A stretch of DNA of 64,000 nt from Hyaloraphidium curvatum SAG 235-1 (GCA_025558095.1 JAIVFI010000013.1:372001-436000), one strand, 5' to 3'. Positions 49,841-63,150 are shown, numbered from the stretch's first letter. Program-made: numbers and translations. The notes: generated from the letters alone by a model not told the origin.

Positions 49841-50594
49841 GAATGGAGAGGCATGTGGTGCAAGCTCCAAAAGCAAATGAAGTGATGGCGCCGTGGGTGC
49901 GCGTGATTGCAGTCGCACGGGATTACCGGCGAAGAGATGAGAAACCACACAGGAGAACTGCTGGAGTTGAGAAGTCGCACGGGAGCACCGGCTATAGAGG
50001 CAAAGACCATGCGTGGGAGAACCATGATGGCCTGCACGGGAGAACCGGCGGAAAGGCATGGATGGGAGTACCACCATGGCCTATTGGGTGCCTCAGCAGA
50101 TTCCATGCCATGGCAGCAATGTGGCTTGCTGAGACGTGATTCATGGAATCGAACTAACGTGATATCCTCACAGAGATGAAGATGTGATTCCTGTTGGGAG
50201 ATGTGCATGCCTTAGATGCCTAGGCTACTGGATGCCACTGACGTGCGCTACTCTTTGGCCCAGTGGTCTGTAGAGATATGCGTTCTGAGGCAGCGGAGGG
50301 GCCTTGATGGCCGGCGTGCGTTTGGAGGAAACTCCGCTAGGGTGAGTCATCGGCCGTGCCCGCTCCATCTCTATTGATCCCAGGAGATCCTAACACACAT
50401 ATCCCAACATGGTCTAGTGTACTTCTACAATTCCCACAGAGCCTTTCTTGCAGGCAACCTTGGCAGACAATGATGATAGTGTCCCCCAGGTGAGAAGTTG
50501 GGATCCAATCAACCCTCCAGATCAGTGTGTGCAGATCACAGATGCCATGGAAAAGTTGCAATTAGCAGGAATAGCCAAGCCTGAACAGCACCAC

Positions 50595-51144
50595 GAATAG
50601 AATAGAATAGTATTGGTGACCCGGACCTGCCCCTGGCTTGGATGCTGTTACACCATCAGTTTGCTGCTAATTTGAAGTTTGTCGTTGTGCATCTTTTTCA
50701 TTTTCCCCATCTTCTGTCCTTCATGGACTTTGAATGAAGCTGGCAATTGGAGTTGAGGGCCTTCTCCTTTTGCCGCCTCACTTTGATCGTGGGCTCGAAC
50801 TCCTTGATGCTGAGAGCCCAGAGCCAAGTCTCCATGTTCCACTCGCGGCCCAGTGCTTCCAGTCTGGTCTGCAGCTTATGGCGCCGCTCTGCATTTGCTG
50901 AACAGTGGAACAGGAAATGTTGTTCATCTCCAATGTGCTCAGGGTCATGTTTGCACATCCTCTGCTGCACCTCAAGTCCTTGGTGCCTGCCTGTCGCCAC
51001 CTCCAGGTCGTGGGTAGAGCAGAGCAGCTTCTGGACGTCCCTCCGGTGCTTCTCCACCCGGATCAGCGACGGTGCAATGTGACCAAAGGTCATGTCACAC
51101 ATCCTCCAGAAGTGCAGCTTGTCGTTATCCTTGAGCTTCTGGGC
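50595..51144 (-). mobile_element. 3' fragment of the same LINE, copy B
   Basis: Reverse complement of ~48395-48942, including the (CTATT)n tail. Confidence 0.9.
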
Positions 51145-51295
51145 AAGATATTGGTGGAAAACAACTCGCAAGCTCGTTGTGCACCTGGCCTTTTGACTAT
51201 TCGATAGATGACCTTGGTCACAACGTTGCGAAATCAAGTTGGCATGCAGGCCACAGGGTTGTGTTGGAGCATAGGAAAAAAAGGAAATGGGTATG

Positions 51296-51350
51296 GTATT
51301 GGTGACCCGGACCTGCCCCTGGCTTGGCCGCTATTACACCACCATTGGTT
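51296..51350 (-). mobile_element. Short 3'-terminal fragment of the same LINE family, copy C
   Basis: GTATTGGTGACCCGGACCTGCCCCTGGCTTGG is identical to the 3' end of copy B. Confidence 0.8.
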
Positions 51351-53823
51351 TGTTTAGCTGTGTCGACGACCTATCTGCCTCCTCCTTCCCTTGAATCCAC
51401 AGTATGCTCCAGTCCCGGTGTTGTTTGCTGGCAGGAAAACCTTCCCACGAAGGTGAAAAACCTTCCAGAAAGAATGAGCAGTTTGGTTTCAGTTTGGGTT
51501 TTGGGACCTTCCCATCCAGCGGGCACAATGTCAGGCATGCAGCTTCATCTAGGTCCTGAAAAGTTCAGTGTTGGTTCTGGTCAAAAGATGCTGGATTCGC
51601 CGTGTAGGCGACCAAAGAGCCGTAGGGCTCCTGCCTCCATTCCCCGTGTGTCTTGGAGTCGCCGTATAGGCAAGCAAAGAGCCGTACTTTGTTCCCCTGG
51701 TCGCAGGCGCCCAGAGACAGGTGCGGATGAGGCAGGTGGTGTTCCTGGTGTTTGTTGTGTTGTTCCCCTCTCCCTAGAGCCGCCCTCCTATGTTGTTGTC
51801 TAGCCAAGATCCACCCATCCATCCAAGTCCAACATCCAACTCCAGGACCAACTCCAGGCGAGCAAAGAAGCTGTAGGGCTCCTGCCTCCATCCCTGTGTT
51901 GGCCGCTTACGTGTCCAGAGACCGGAATCCACGGATATGTCGTTGTTTGCGCCGCGGCCCCTCCTTGAAGAGGTGCACCGGCGGGCAGTCAGCAGCATTT
52001 AGAGCCAATGCGCCACGCAGCTGCCTGCTCCATTCGCGCCCTTTCGCACCAGAAAGCGCACGCGGTTGGTCGCTTGTTGTTTGGCGGGGCGCGTCCACGC
52101 GAGCGACGCGTCCCATGTTTGACGTGCGCGGCCGCCAAGTGTCGTGTTTCAGCGCCCAGAGCCAGAGAGCCACGCGGTCCTACGGCACGTTTTTCAAGCG
52201 CCACACGTGAGGCACACGCTGTCGTAGGCCCGCGGTCGCGTCTTCAGCACGCGACGCATTGTTTGCCCACTAACAGACGCGGCGCCCCCCGGAGAAGAGC
52301 CTAGCCGCCCTGCAGGGCCAGCGCAAGCCTCTTGAGGCCAATGGGCTCCTCAAGCGCTTTTGCGGCGTCGCCTGCCACGCTTGGGGCACCGGTTTTGCAG
52401 CCGGTCCCGTTTGTGCGTCCCCGGGTGCCCAACCCGCACACCGTGCCGGCGCCGCGCTAGAGGGCAGGAGCCCTAAAGCACGACGACCCCGGACACTGCT
52501 GCTCCGCTGCTCGCGGCCCAAAGAGCGCGCGTGAGCAGCGGGGCGGGCAGGGGTGTTTGGAATTTGACGTGTTGTTTGTGTGCTGGCTCGATTGATGATT
52601 GCTTATGGTGCATGCCTTGAGGACGAAAAATGTATTAGATATTGTACGTCAGAAATATGTCCAGCTCATGTCCAGCTCATTTCCATGGAGTGACAATCAA
52701 AGAACAAATGAATCATGAGCAAATATACTTGCCCACCAGCAATGCAAGCATGCAGACGAGCAACAACAGGACTACTGGTGCATACAAAACAGGGTGGTTG
52801 CCAACAAGCTCACCCTTGCTTACACACTCTAGGTGTGCTAGCTAAGCCTGATAGAAAATAAACCTTCTCATGGAAAGTTCCAGCTGTGGTGCCTCACAGT
52901 GATGGCGCATACAGATGGGGCTAGAGCAGCACAATCACTCCCAGAACCCTAGCCTAAAGCATGCCGGCACACCGCAGCAATCATGGATGCATTGAGACAG
53001 AGAGCCACACACCTGCTGCAAGAATCCTAGTTGTTTGGTTGGAGGTCTGCAATGCAAGACTCGGAGGCTAGGGCAACAACTGAACCACCAGCTGTAGGTC
53101 ACATCCCAGGGAAGATGCTCCTCTGTCATGTCCTCACCAATGTCCTTGCCACACTGGTGGTTTCATTGATATGCATCTAAGTGGCAGCCTCAAACCCCAC
53201 CTATAGACACAGGGGGCAACCACAAGTGAGGATCCTCGCATGTCACAGGATCAGGGAGAGCAGACCACCAGGTTCACCCCTTGGAACTACGCCATGTTGG
53301 CCTGTGAATGGCAAGTGCCACCACCTTACCTAGACTTGGTGCCCGCCAGTGCCGACCTCCAAGAGCATCTCCATGAAGTTACGGACCACGATGATTCCGA
53401 AGTCAATCTGTTGATTGTCGTGGACTCGATGACAAAAAGATCGACAAAGCTTCAAGGGGTAGGCCGGGGGCAAGCGGGTTCATGGTGACACGCTCGCTTT
53501 ACTGTTCGCGGAATCCTTCCGTTTCGGGAAAGCAAGGCACATATCCTCGCGTACAGCACGCAGGGCAAGCGACCGTGTGCGGCAGAAGGCCGAGTGAATG
53601 GGCGGAAGCGGAGATTCGCGAAGGCAGGAGCGGAGTTTGGCGGAGCGACTTCGTCGAATTGTGCCAGGGTTCCTATGTCGCCATCTTGAGCTGGCCATCC
53701 GCGTGGTGGGAGCGCTCTTTCTAATGGGCAAATGAGCGATGGAAGCGGGTGGCGGCAGGAGACGTCGGCGGGGAGCAAAGGTGTGGCTCGGCGCGTGCGC
53801 GGTGCCGCCCGCCGCGGAAGAGG

Positions 53824-54041
53824 TGTTGGAATGGGTCGTTGCTACGATTCTGTATCAATAGGGAGTCTATTGGCGTGTGGGGATACTTGGGTACGACCGG
53901 AGGGGTCATCTAGGGACTTGTCATCACAAGGAAATGGACAACGGGTCAACGTGTCCCTCTCCCCATCCCGTCCATCTGAGTTCAGACCCGGTCCAGACCA
54001 CTGGGGCTACGTCTTCCCCACGCCCCATAGCCACTCCAACA
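53824..54041 (+). repeat. 5' LTR
   Basis: TGTTGGAA...CTCCAACA; reads identical to 58801-59018. Confidence 0.96.
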
Positions 54042-57000
54042 GGTCTATGAGCCCAAAGGGTGTCTGGAACTCTTTTGCGCGGCTGTGAAGTTGCGTGTGG
54101 TGCAACCAGCCGAGGGGACCGCATCACGCTGAGTCTGGTCTCCAGGACCGCCTGGGTGGACTCAGTGGGCGCTAGAAAGAGCGCATAAAGCACTAGAGGT
54201 GCTGTGGTGGCCAAGATGGAGATTTTGGTCGGAGGGACTCATGTGGCACTGGTCGGGGGGAGCAAGCTGGAGGAGACCGGATCACAAACCAATTACCAGG
54301 ATTGGTTAATTGATATCAAAGCCAAGCTCCAGAGGGAGAGTGACTGGCAAATTGTGACCGGAAAGGTGGCAAAGCCTGTGGCGGGCCAGGGCGGAAAGAC
54401 GGAAGATGATTTGTCAGTCTGGAACGCGAAGGACCAGAAAGCTCAAGGGATCCTGGTCGGATCTCTCTCTATTGGTCTCAAAAGGATCTGCAGCAGGATG
54501 GACACTGCTAAGGACATCTGGGACTACCTGGAAAAACGATTCGTGACGGAAAATGTGGCGCAGCAAGGGCAACGCCGAGGTCCAGTGCTACAGCTTCGAC
54601 TACGTCAAATCAGACCGGGTGGCCCAGAACTTTACTCGCTTCATGCAGAAAAAGATGGAGGTAGAAGCACTGGGAAAGCTGAAGGGAGATGACGATGATA
54701 TGAGTATCTGGAGGAAAGTTTTGAAGGACCTGCCTGAGTTTGATCAAGTGCGGGGCCAAGATCGACGGAACTTGGCTGGGAGCACAGACCAAAAATGAGT
54801 GGAAGACCGAAGGTGGAGTGAAGAAACATCCTACCTTGAACGTGGCATTCCTTCAGAAGAGGATGGAGATGGAGGAGGAAACCATGATCAAAAGGGCCGA
54901 GCAGAATGGCGAGACCTACACACCTGGCGGCAACAACATCACCACGAATCCCAACTCCAGCACCTTGATGTACGCTCTAAACCGCGGTAGGGGTCGCGGA
55001 GCATCGCGGGGCGGCCGTGGAGGCGACCGGGGAAGTTCCAGAGGTCGCGGGGGAGGGTGCGGAAACCGCGGTGGCCGGCGGTCCACGGCTGAGGGCGAAA
55101 GCGGCTTGAGAATCAAGTGCCTGTGCTGCGGCAAGTTCGAACACGCTCACCCTTGGCGATCCCCCCGATCTGGAGGATCAATTCGGCGCATTCTTGTTCA
55201 TGATGGAGGGCGGCATCGAGGGGAATGGAGCGAAGCCGACGGGGGATGATGGATTCGAAAAGCTCTCCGAACACGTCGTGCACGCGGCAAAGACGGGTCA
55301 CGGGATGCGCGGCAGGTTGCTGGGGGATAGCGGCGCGTCCGTGCACGCGACGGGGGTCAGGGAGCTGCTCTACGGCATCAAGCCGTGCGATGCGGTTGAT
55401 GTTCGGATGGGAACAAAAAGGGATTGCGCGTGCCATCGAAGTCGGAAAGCTCAAGATCAAGTTCACCAATTCTGGCGACCCCGTTACTTTGGAGAACGTG
55501 CTTTTCATCAAAGATCTTCCTGCGACGCTCATCTTGCTTGGGAGACTCGGCCAGATGGGCTACTACACGCTTCTGGGTCCGGAAGGAGCTACCATCATCA
55601 AGGGCGGTGCCGTGCAAGGCACTTGCCGCATTGATCGTCACGTTTATTATCTCAACGCGGATATCCTCAACGAGCACAACGAGCAGATCATGCTGAGCGC
55701 TCAGGAAGGGGATTTAAGCGCGGAGATTGCGCATGGGTGCTGCGGGCACTACCCGATCGCGGCACTCAAGAAGGTTCAACAGGCTGGAATTGTGGCTGGA
55801 TTGGAGGAATATGCACTTACTGGGAACGCTAACAACTTTTGTAAGGAGTGCGTGATGGGGAAGATGCATCAGTTGCCCTATCCGGAGTCGGAGCGGAAAG
55901 TCTCGCGGCCGTTTGAGCTGACTCACTGGGACCTGATACAATCGGACGTTGCAACGGTGCATGGAGAACGCTGGGCGTTGCATGCAGTGGACGAGTACAC
56001 TTCTGCGGAGTTTGCGTTCCTGTTGAAGCAGAAATCGGAGGCGGAGGACTGGATGATGTCCTTTGCAGAGTGGGTGAAGAACCAGTTCCGGGTGAAGATC
56101 AGATGCATGCGGGTTGATCCTGGCGGAGAGTTCTCATCAAAACGGCTGGAGGCCTACTGCAAGAACGAAGGAATCAAGCTGGAATCGTCGGTAGCGAATC
56201 GGCCTGCGCAGAACGGAGTCATTGAGCGGCGGAACCGGACGGCTGAGGAAGGGACCCGGACCATCCTGATCGACTCGAAATCGCCGAAGACGCTTTGGGG
56301 ATACGCATTGAAGCATCATATCAATACGCGCAATCGTTTGCCGAACACCAAGACGTGGCTGAAAGGGTCTACGCCGTTTCAATTGCTGACTGGGAGACGT
56401 CCCAACATCAGCCACATCCGGCGCTTCGGAGAGACGTGTTACGCGATCGTCGACAAGGAGAAGCGTGGCAAATGGGACGCAAAAGCGGTACGATGCCGCT
56501 ACCTGGGAATGAGCTCGCCATCGAAGGCGTTTACGGTCCAGAACCTGGAGACCGGCCGGATCTTTGACTCACGCGATGTTGTTTTCGAGGAACGCTGGTC
56601 GACGGGGATGCTCAAGAGCTACATGCGGGTTCTGGAAAACGGAGTTTCGATCAAAAAACTGCCGGACGCGGACCCTAGCGCTGTCTTGAACCGTTGACTT
56701 GAGGTGGAGGAGTCGGTGGCCGGAGGAATTCGAGGCGTTGCCGGAGACGCCACGGCGGGTCCGTTTCGCGGATCCACTCGACAACGGCAACCTGGGAGCA
56801 GTGGAAGTGGCGATCCAGGGGGAGGAAAGGCAGTTGGTGGATCGCAACTTTCTGGTGATCGTGCGGCTAGGGAAGCCACAGACCAACGTGGGAAGCCTGG
56901 AGGAGCATCTTCATCAAGCAGCGGAGCTCAGGGAGGCGCTGGGGCGGCTGGAACGGGCTCTAAGATACCTTTACCTACAAGGTCATCCAGCAGAGCTCCA

Positions 57001-58800
57001 AGACCTCCTGGGGAGTGGTGGAAAGCCTCCAACACGAGCAACGAGAAGGAGATCAACGTGATCACGCTGGAATCGATCAATTTCCTGATGGAGGAGGTCC
57101 AGGACCACCTGGACTGGCAGGGACACCTACCAACTTGTTTGGACATGGCACACATGGATGGAATCTTTGCTGCAAGCACTGGAGCACGTGTACCACGGAA
57201 CTATGCAGAGGCAATGCGTTCAGAGGATCGTGAGATGTGGGCCAAGGCAATGGAACGTGAGATTGGCAACTTCAAGAGCAGAGATGCGTACAACATCATG
57301 GGATTGCCTGAGGGCAAGGAAAAATTCGCGGTTGGAAGCCAATTTGTATTTGACCTCAAACCTGGAGCTGATGGCAGCATTGTGGGGGAGGAAAACTACA
57401 AGGCTCGATGGGTGGCAAGGGGTGATTGGCAGGATCCATCTTCTTTTGGTCAATCCTTTGCACCTGTACCTTCTGCTGCTGCTGTACGGCTTTTCTTTTG
57501 GATATCTGCTCAGAACAACATGATTGTACATCAGGCTGATGCAAATGCTGCATTTCTACAGGCTAAGCTCCAGGAGAACGAGGAAGTTTACTTGTATCCA
57601 GCTCAAGGGATGGATTTGCCTGAGTTTACTGATGGAAGACCTACGGTTATTCGACCTGGAGTTGCGGTTTATGGACTTGTGCAAGCTGCGCGCGCTTATA
57701 CGTTGCTCAAAAGAGTATTGCATTTACTTTCTGCGGCAAGATGATTGGTTTCTGTTGATGATTATTCATGTGGACGACTTTGGGTGTAGTTCCACGGACG
57801 AAAAACGGACGATTGCATTCCTTGAGGAGCTGGGTCAAGATACGTCACATGGGTCGCATGAAGAAGTTCTTGGCTCTGGAAGTCAAACAGGACGAGAATG
57901 CTGGTACAATCACGATCAAGCAGTCCAACTACATCAAGAAAGCCTTGGAGGACTTCGGAATGGACACTTGCAACGCAGTTTCTGTGCCTATGGACGTTGG
58001 GGTGAAGCTCAGGAAACGGAACACGGAGTTGTCTGCTGCTAAGGAGCAGGAAATCGAACGTTTTCCGTTCAGATCAATGGTGGGAAGCTGGATGTATGCC
58101 ATGAACTTCACCAGGCCGGACATTGCCTTACCTATTATCACGGAGAGCCGTCATGGGATGGCACCTACTCGTGAAGCAGTGGAGCAAGTCAAGAAGACAA
58201 CCAGATACTTGAAGGGAACAGCTGACTTTGGCTTGGTTTACAAGAGGGATCCGAATCTGGACATGACCAAAGCATTGCATGGATATGCAGACGCCAGTTT
58301 TGCTGGGGATCTTGACACTGGGAAGTCAACAACTGGGGTTGTAGTGATGATGGGGAACGGTCTTATCATCTACAAGTCGCAACTGCAACCAGTGGTGGCT
58401 CTTTCAACAACAGAGGCCGAGTACATGGCTCTGTCTTATGTTGGACGACAAGTTGCGTGGCTAAGGAGCTTATTGGAGGAATTGGGCTTTCCTCAGCAAG
58501 GGCCTACAGTCATAAAGGAGGACAATGAAGGAGCTATCAAGCTGGCACAGAATCCTGTCTTCCATGAACGTACCAAGCACATTGGAATGCAGTACCATTT
58601 TGTGAGGGAGAAGATCGAGAGTGGAGAGATCCAGCTGGAGTACATCAACACTGAGGACCAGCTCGCGGATCTACTCACCAAACAGCTACCAAGGGAGAAG
58701 TCAAGTTTCAACGTTTCAGGGCACTTTTGGGAATTGTAGAGATTCGTGACTAACTTTGGGGATTTCTGGACACTCTGGGTAATCTTGCAACGAGGGGGAG

Positions 58801-59018
58801 TGTTGGAATGGGTCGTTGCTACGATTCTGTATCAATAGGGAGTCTATTGGCGTGTGGGGATACTTGGGTACGACCGGAGGGGTCATCTAGGGACTTGTCA
58901 TCACAAGGAAATGGACAACGGGTCAACGTGTCCCTCTCCCCATCCCGTCCATCTGAGTTCAGACCCGGTCCAGACCACTGGGGCTACGTCTTCCCCACGC
59001 CCCATAGCCACTCCAACA
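58801..59018 (+). repeat. 3' LTR
   Basis: Preceded by the PPT and followed by the TSD AGAGG. Confidence 0.96.
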
Positions 59019-59148
59019 AGAGGACCCGAAGACTGGCATCCCGACGTTCAGAGCGCCGCGGCCACAGCGCGGAAACACTGTTCTCATTTGCATGCAGCTG
59101 CCCGCGCGATAGATGGACCTTCCTGGGGCGTACGGCGGACAGCGAGGT

Positions 59149-60497
59149 CCTCCCTGAACTTGCCTTTCACAAGATTCTCCACAGTCCCCTTGGCCCATGA
59201 AAAAGTGTATGTCCTTCTCCCACATCTCCCTCCCCTCCTCTCCACCATAGTACACAAGTAGTTCCCTCAGGAAGGCAGCCCAGTTCCAGCACCCCTTCAG
59301 TGCTTCGATCTTGAGCTCCTTGTAGAGCAGGTACAATGCAGGGTCAGCTGTTTTGATGGGCATGAGGAACTTGAGAGCCGACTCATTTTCATGAACTGCA
59401 AGAGGGTACTGGCCAGTGATCGCATACAGACAAGCCAGAGAGGTAGATTTGGGCTGATGAGTGACAGCACGTAAGGGCCATGCATGTCACGTTGTCCCTG
59501 GTGCTTTCCCCGGCAAGGTACTCCTCCTTCGGCATTTCCACATGAACGGGTTCCCATATTGGCCCACTGCCTTGACCTTCGTGTTGTAGAGCCTGAGCTG
59601 GAGGTCAGGACTCATCCCAGGCTGTTCCCTGATGTCGCGGAGCCAATAAGCAGCGTTCATCTTGGCCTCCCTGCCATGCACATGGTCCTTGCTCCGTCCA
59701 GTTGACGTGAGCTGGTACCCCAGAGGCTTGAGGGTGGCGATCTCGCAGATACAGGCTTACTTCCGGATAGCAGTCAAAATTGAGGATTTGCCCAATGATG
59801 GCCTGCTGGAATCGTTGGTCTTTACTGAGCATACAGCTTAAAGCTGTCGACCCTCTTCAGCTCCTGGCCCCTGTACAGGAGCTTCACACGTGAGGCATCC
59901 TCCTGGCCATCCATTCTGTTTTGCTGATGTTGATCTCCAGCCCATTGGCACTGGCATATGCAGACAAAAGATCCAGCTGCAGCTTGGCATCCTTCACCGT
60001 CTTCGAGATCAAAGTGGTGTCATCTGCAAAGAACAAAGCCAGCAAGCTGACCATCCTCTCCTGATCCTCCTCCTACTCAAACACCATGCCCAGACCCATC
60101 CCTTTTGCACCATTGGCCTCCATGAAAGCAGCGATGTCGTTGACAAACAAGATGAAGAACAGCGATGAGAGGGGGTCCCCCTGCTTCACTCCAGTTAGGA
60201 ACTTGATGAAGTCCGACTTGGTCCCATCCTCATCCCGGAGCCTTCCCCACACCCGCCCAAACGCCATCTCAAACATATCAACAACCTGTTTGGGCACACC
60301 CATCTCCTCCAGCTTCCTCCACAACCTCGGGCACTCCACCATGTCAAAAGCCTTGGTGAAATTTACAAACACCATGATCAGCTTCTCCTTGCGTGCCTTG
60401 GCCAAGGAGAAGAGCGCCTCAGCGAGGAATACTGCATGAAGGGTCGACCTCCGTGCCGGAATCCAAACTGAGAGCCTTCCAGCAGCTTGTTGGCTCA
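59149..60497 (-). mobile_element. Degenerate LINE copy D, inverted relative to copy A
   Basis: QFGFR, VNFTKAFDMV, GVKQGDPLSSLFF and FADD motifs; near-identical to the reverse complement of ~47350-48390. Confidence 0.9.
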
Positions 60498-61009
60498 AAA
60501 CGATGGTGTAATAACAGCGGCCAAGGTCACAAATACTATTCTTATCTATTCTGGGAGCCGAAGCAGAGGCTGACAAGTGAGTGTCATGCACCGGTAGCCG
60601 GCTGGCCACCAATAGTGTTCAGCATCCCAGCCCCGGCCCAAGGGCGCAGCAAGCAAAGCCCCTGCACGTGCCCAAGTCAAGCAGGGATGGACCATGGGCA
60701 AAAAGTGGGAAAGTTGGGTGCAGCACAAACCAGAAGGCCTCGACTCAGACCTCCTCAAAGTCGTTTCAGAAGCTGCTCCTCAAGGGAGGTTCGCGTTGCT
60801 GTTGCTGACTGGAGGCAATGCCCTGAAGATTCTAAGGTTGGTTCCTGCAACACTCCCATCTTTTGTTATCAGACGAAGTGCATACGTGATCAGCTTCAAT
60901 CCATTTCGATCGCACTTGGAGCCAAGCGGTTTGGGGTGTGCTTTCCATGCGCCTTGCTGCATTGAAGGCTGTGCATGCCGAAAGCGCGCCCGGCACAACA
61001 CAACACTCG

Positions 61010-63150
61010 ATGCCACCGCATTCCTCGCCGAGTGGGAACCAGAAGGGCGCCGGCGATGCCTTCGGAGATTTGCTGGGAGATGCATTCGGGTCGGCGACGG
61101 GCCGGAAGAACACGCTCAATGCGTTGAAGCAACCTTCCGAAGTTTCCGAATCCTGGTCCGCCGGCACCGTGCCGGAGGTCTCGTCACATCTCTGGGATTT
61201 CGACGCGCTGGATGCGGTGGCAGCGAAGCGCAGCAGAACGCCGAATGGCCTACAAGGCCATGACCAGGGCTCTGTTGCGCCCAAAGTCTCCCGCGACTCC
61301 CGGGACGCCCGCGGGCCCACTAGGGACCTGTCTCGTGGCGGAAGCCCGTTTCCCGACGCTCTGATTGACCTCGGCCTGGGGCAGATGATTTCGGGTTCCG
61401 TTTCTTCCACAGAGGGTCGGCGGACAGCGTCCGGGAAGGTGGAGCAACCCCGGTCCGGCGCCGTGAAATCGCCGGAACCATGGGACGTTGACTTCCTTGG
61501 CGGCAACGCGGAAGGGTCCACCGGGTCTACGACAAGAGCTGCGGCGAAATCGTCGGGCCGTGATGTTCCTGTGCCCGGAATCAGGGGAGAAGGCAATGAC
61601 GGACAGCCGGGTGGACTTGGTGCAGGACAGAATCCCCGGAACGTCGTGCAAAAGGCCACTCTTGGCGGTGATATTTTGAACGAAGAACCGTTGCCTCTGG
61701 GGACAGGCGCGTTTGCGGTGTCGCCAAACTCCGCGCGGCGGATGTCTCCTGGAGGGGCCACCGACTTTTCCCGTGATTCGTCTCGTCGTGGTAGCCCAAT
61801 CCCCGGAAGACAGGCCAACGACTCTGCCGCCGTTCGGGGCGTCAAGCTGGCGGGGGCTATTCTGGGCATGGGGCAGCAGCTTCTGAGCAAGGCCGCGGCC
61901 ACGATGGTGAGCACAGCAGCACGGGCCAGCTCTTTTGGATCCCAAAGCGGTACGGACAGGTCACAACCTGTTTCCTGGCCGTCGACTACTGGAGCTACCG
62001 AGCGTTTTGTCGATTCGTCGGACGACGACAACGATGATACGGTGCCTGCGATGCGCACACCGCCGGCACCTGAACGGAGGGTGTTTGTGGACCGGGAGCT
62101 CTTACGTGCTGCCGAAGAACTTCGATCGCGGGGCAACGAGCTTTTTCGAGCGGGGCGCTTTGCCGAGTCGGAAGTTTTGTATTCGGACGCCATAGGATTG
62201 CTTCCGAAGGGCGCGTCGGAACTCCTCAATCTCCACAACAACCGAGCCGTTGCTCGATACAAGATGGGAGAGTATCTGCTGTGTACAGAGGACTGCACGC
62301 AGGCGCAGATTTTGGAGCCTGGGGAGTCCAAGAGCCTTCTGCGACGAGCCATGGCATGGGAAGGACTGGAGAAGTGGTCCCGAGCCATTGCTGATTACAA
62401 TCAGCTCTTGTCGTCGCAACCTGGTCTTTCTGGGGCAGTGCAAGGTCTTTCCCGATGCCGGAAGGCGGAGTATCTGGCATCAGGACCGTCCAATGATTCA
62501 CAGGAGCCTCGGACACCAGTCGCACAGCACAGAGAACGGGCTCCTTCCCGCTCCCGAACACCGACGGAGATCGCTAGTGCGGATCCTTTTGCCGGTTTTG
62601 AACCCCATTTCCAATCCCGTTCCGGTGCTTCGACCCCGGGTCGGCCGCAGGCTTTGGACGACTTGGCAGCGATGGTTTCGCCGGCGGTCGAAAGGTTGAA
62701 ACTGGAGGAAGCGTCTGCTGCGTTGCGCGAGGCCGAGCAGAGTACTTTGAAGGACGCCGTTGATAGCAAGGTGAGGAACCTCTCCGCCGCGGGTTTTCAA
62801 AGCACACGCAATGACGCATGTTTCTCACCAGATTGCCGCGTGGCTCGGAAAGCGTGAGAACAACATCCGCGCACTTCTCTCTTCGCTCGATCAGGTTCTG
62901 TGGCCGGAACTGGGAGTCCAAAACAGCGCATTGTCTGATTTAATGACTCCGGCGCAAGTGAAGAAGCACTACATGCGGGTCATAACGAGGACACACCCGG
63001 ACAAGGTGAGCAGCTCTTCCACACCGGGCGGAGCTGTCATATAACCCTTCCGTGCACCAGATCCACCCGGACGAGTCCACGGAGCGCAAGATGATTGCCT
63101 CTGCGGTGTTCGCGGCGCTCAATGGAGCCTATGCAAGTTTTGACCAGTAG
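61010..63150 (+). CDS. SWA2: Auxilin-like clathrin-uncoating co-chaperone (TPR + J domain)
   Basis: DAF/DPF motifs, TPRs (ELRSRGNELF..), WLGKRENNIRALLSSL, HPDK. Start codon uncertain. Confidence 0.9.

Larger units (their letters stand above)
53824..59018 (+). mobile_element. Ty1/copia LTR retrotransposon, structurally complete but coding-defective
   Basis: 218-bp TG..CA LTRs, 5-bp TSD AGAGG (53819-23 and 59019-23), PBS GGTCTATGAGCCCA, PPT GAGGGGGAG. Domain order gag-PR(DSGAS)-INT(DPGGEF/NGVIERRN)-RT(YKARWVARG, HVDD)-RH(YADAS). Confidence 0.97.
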
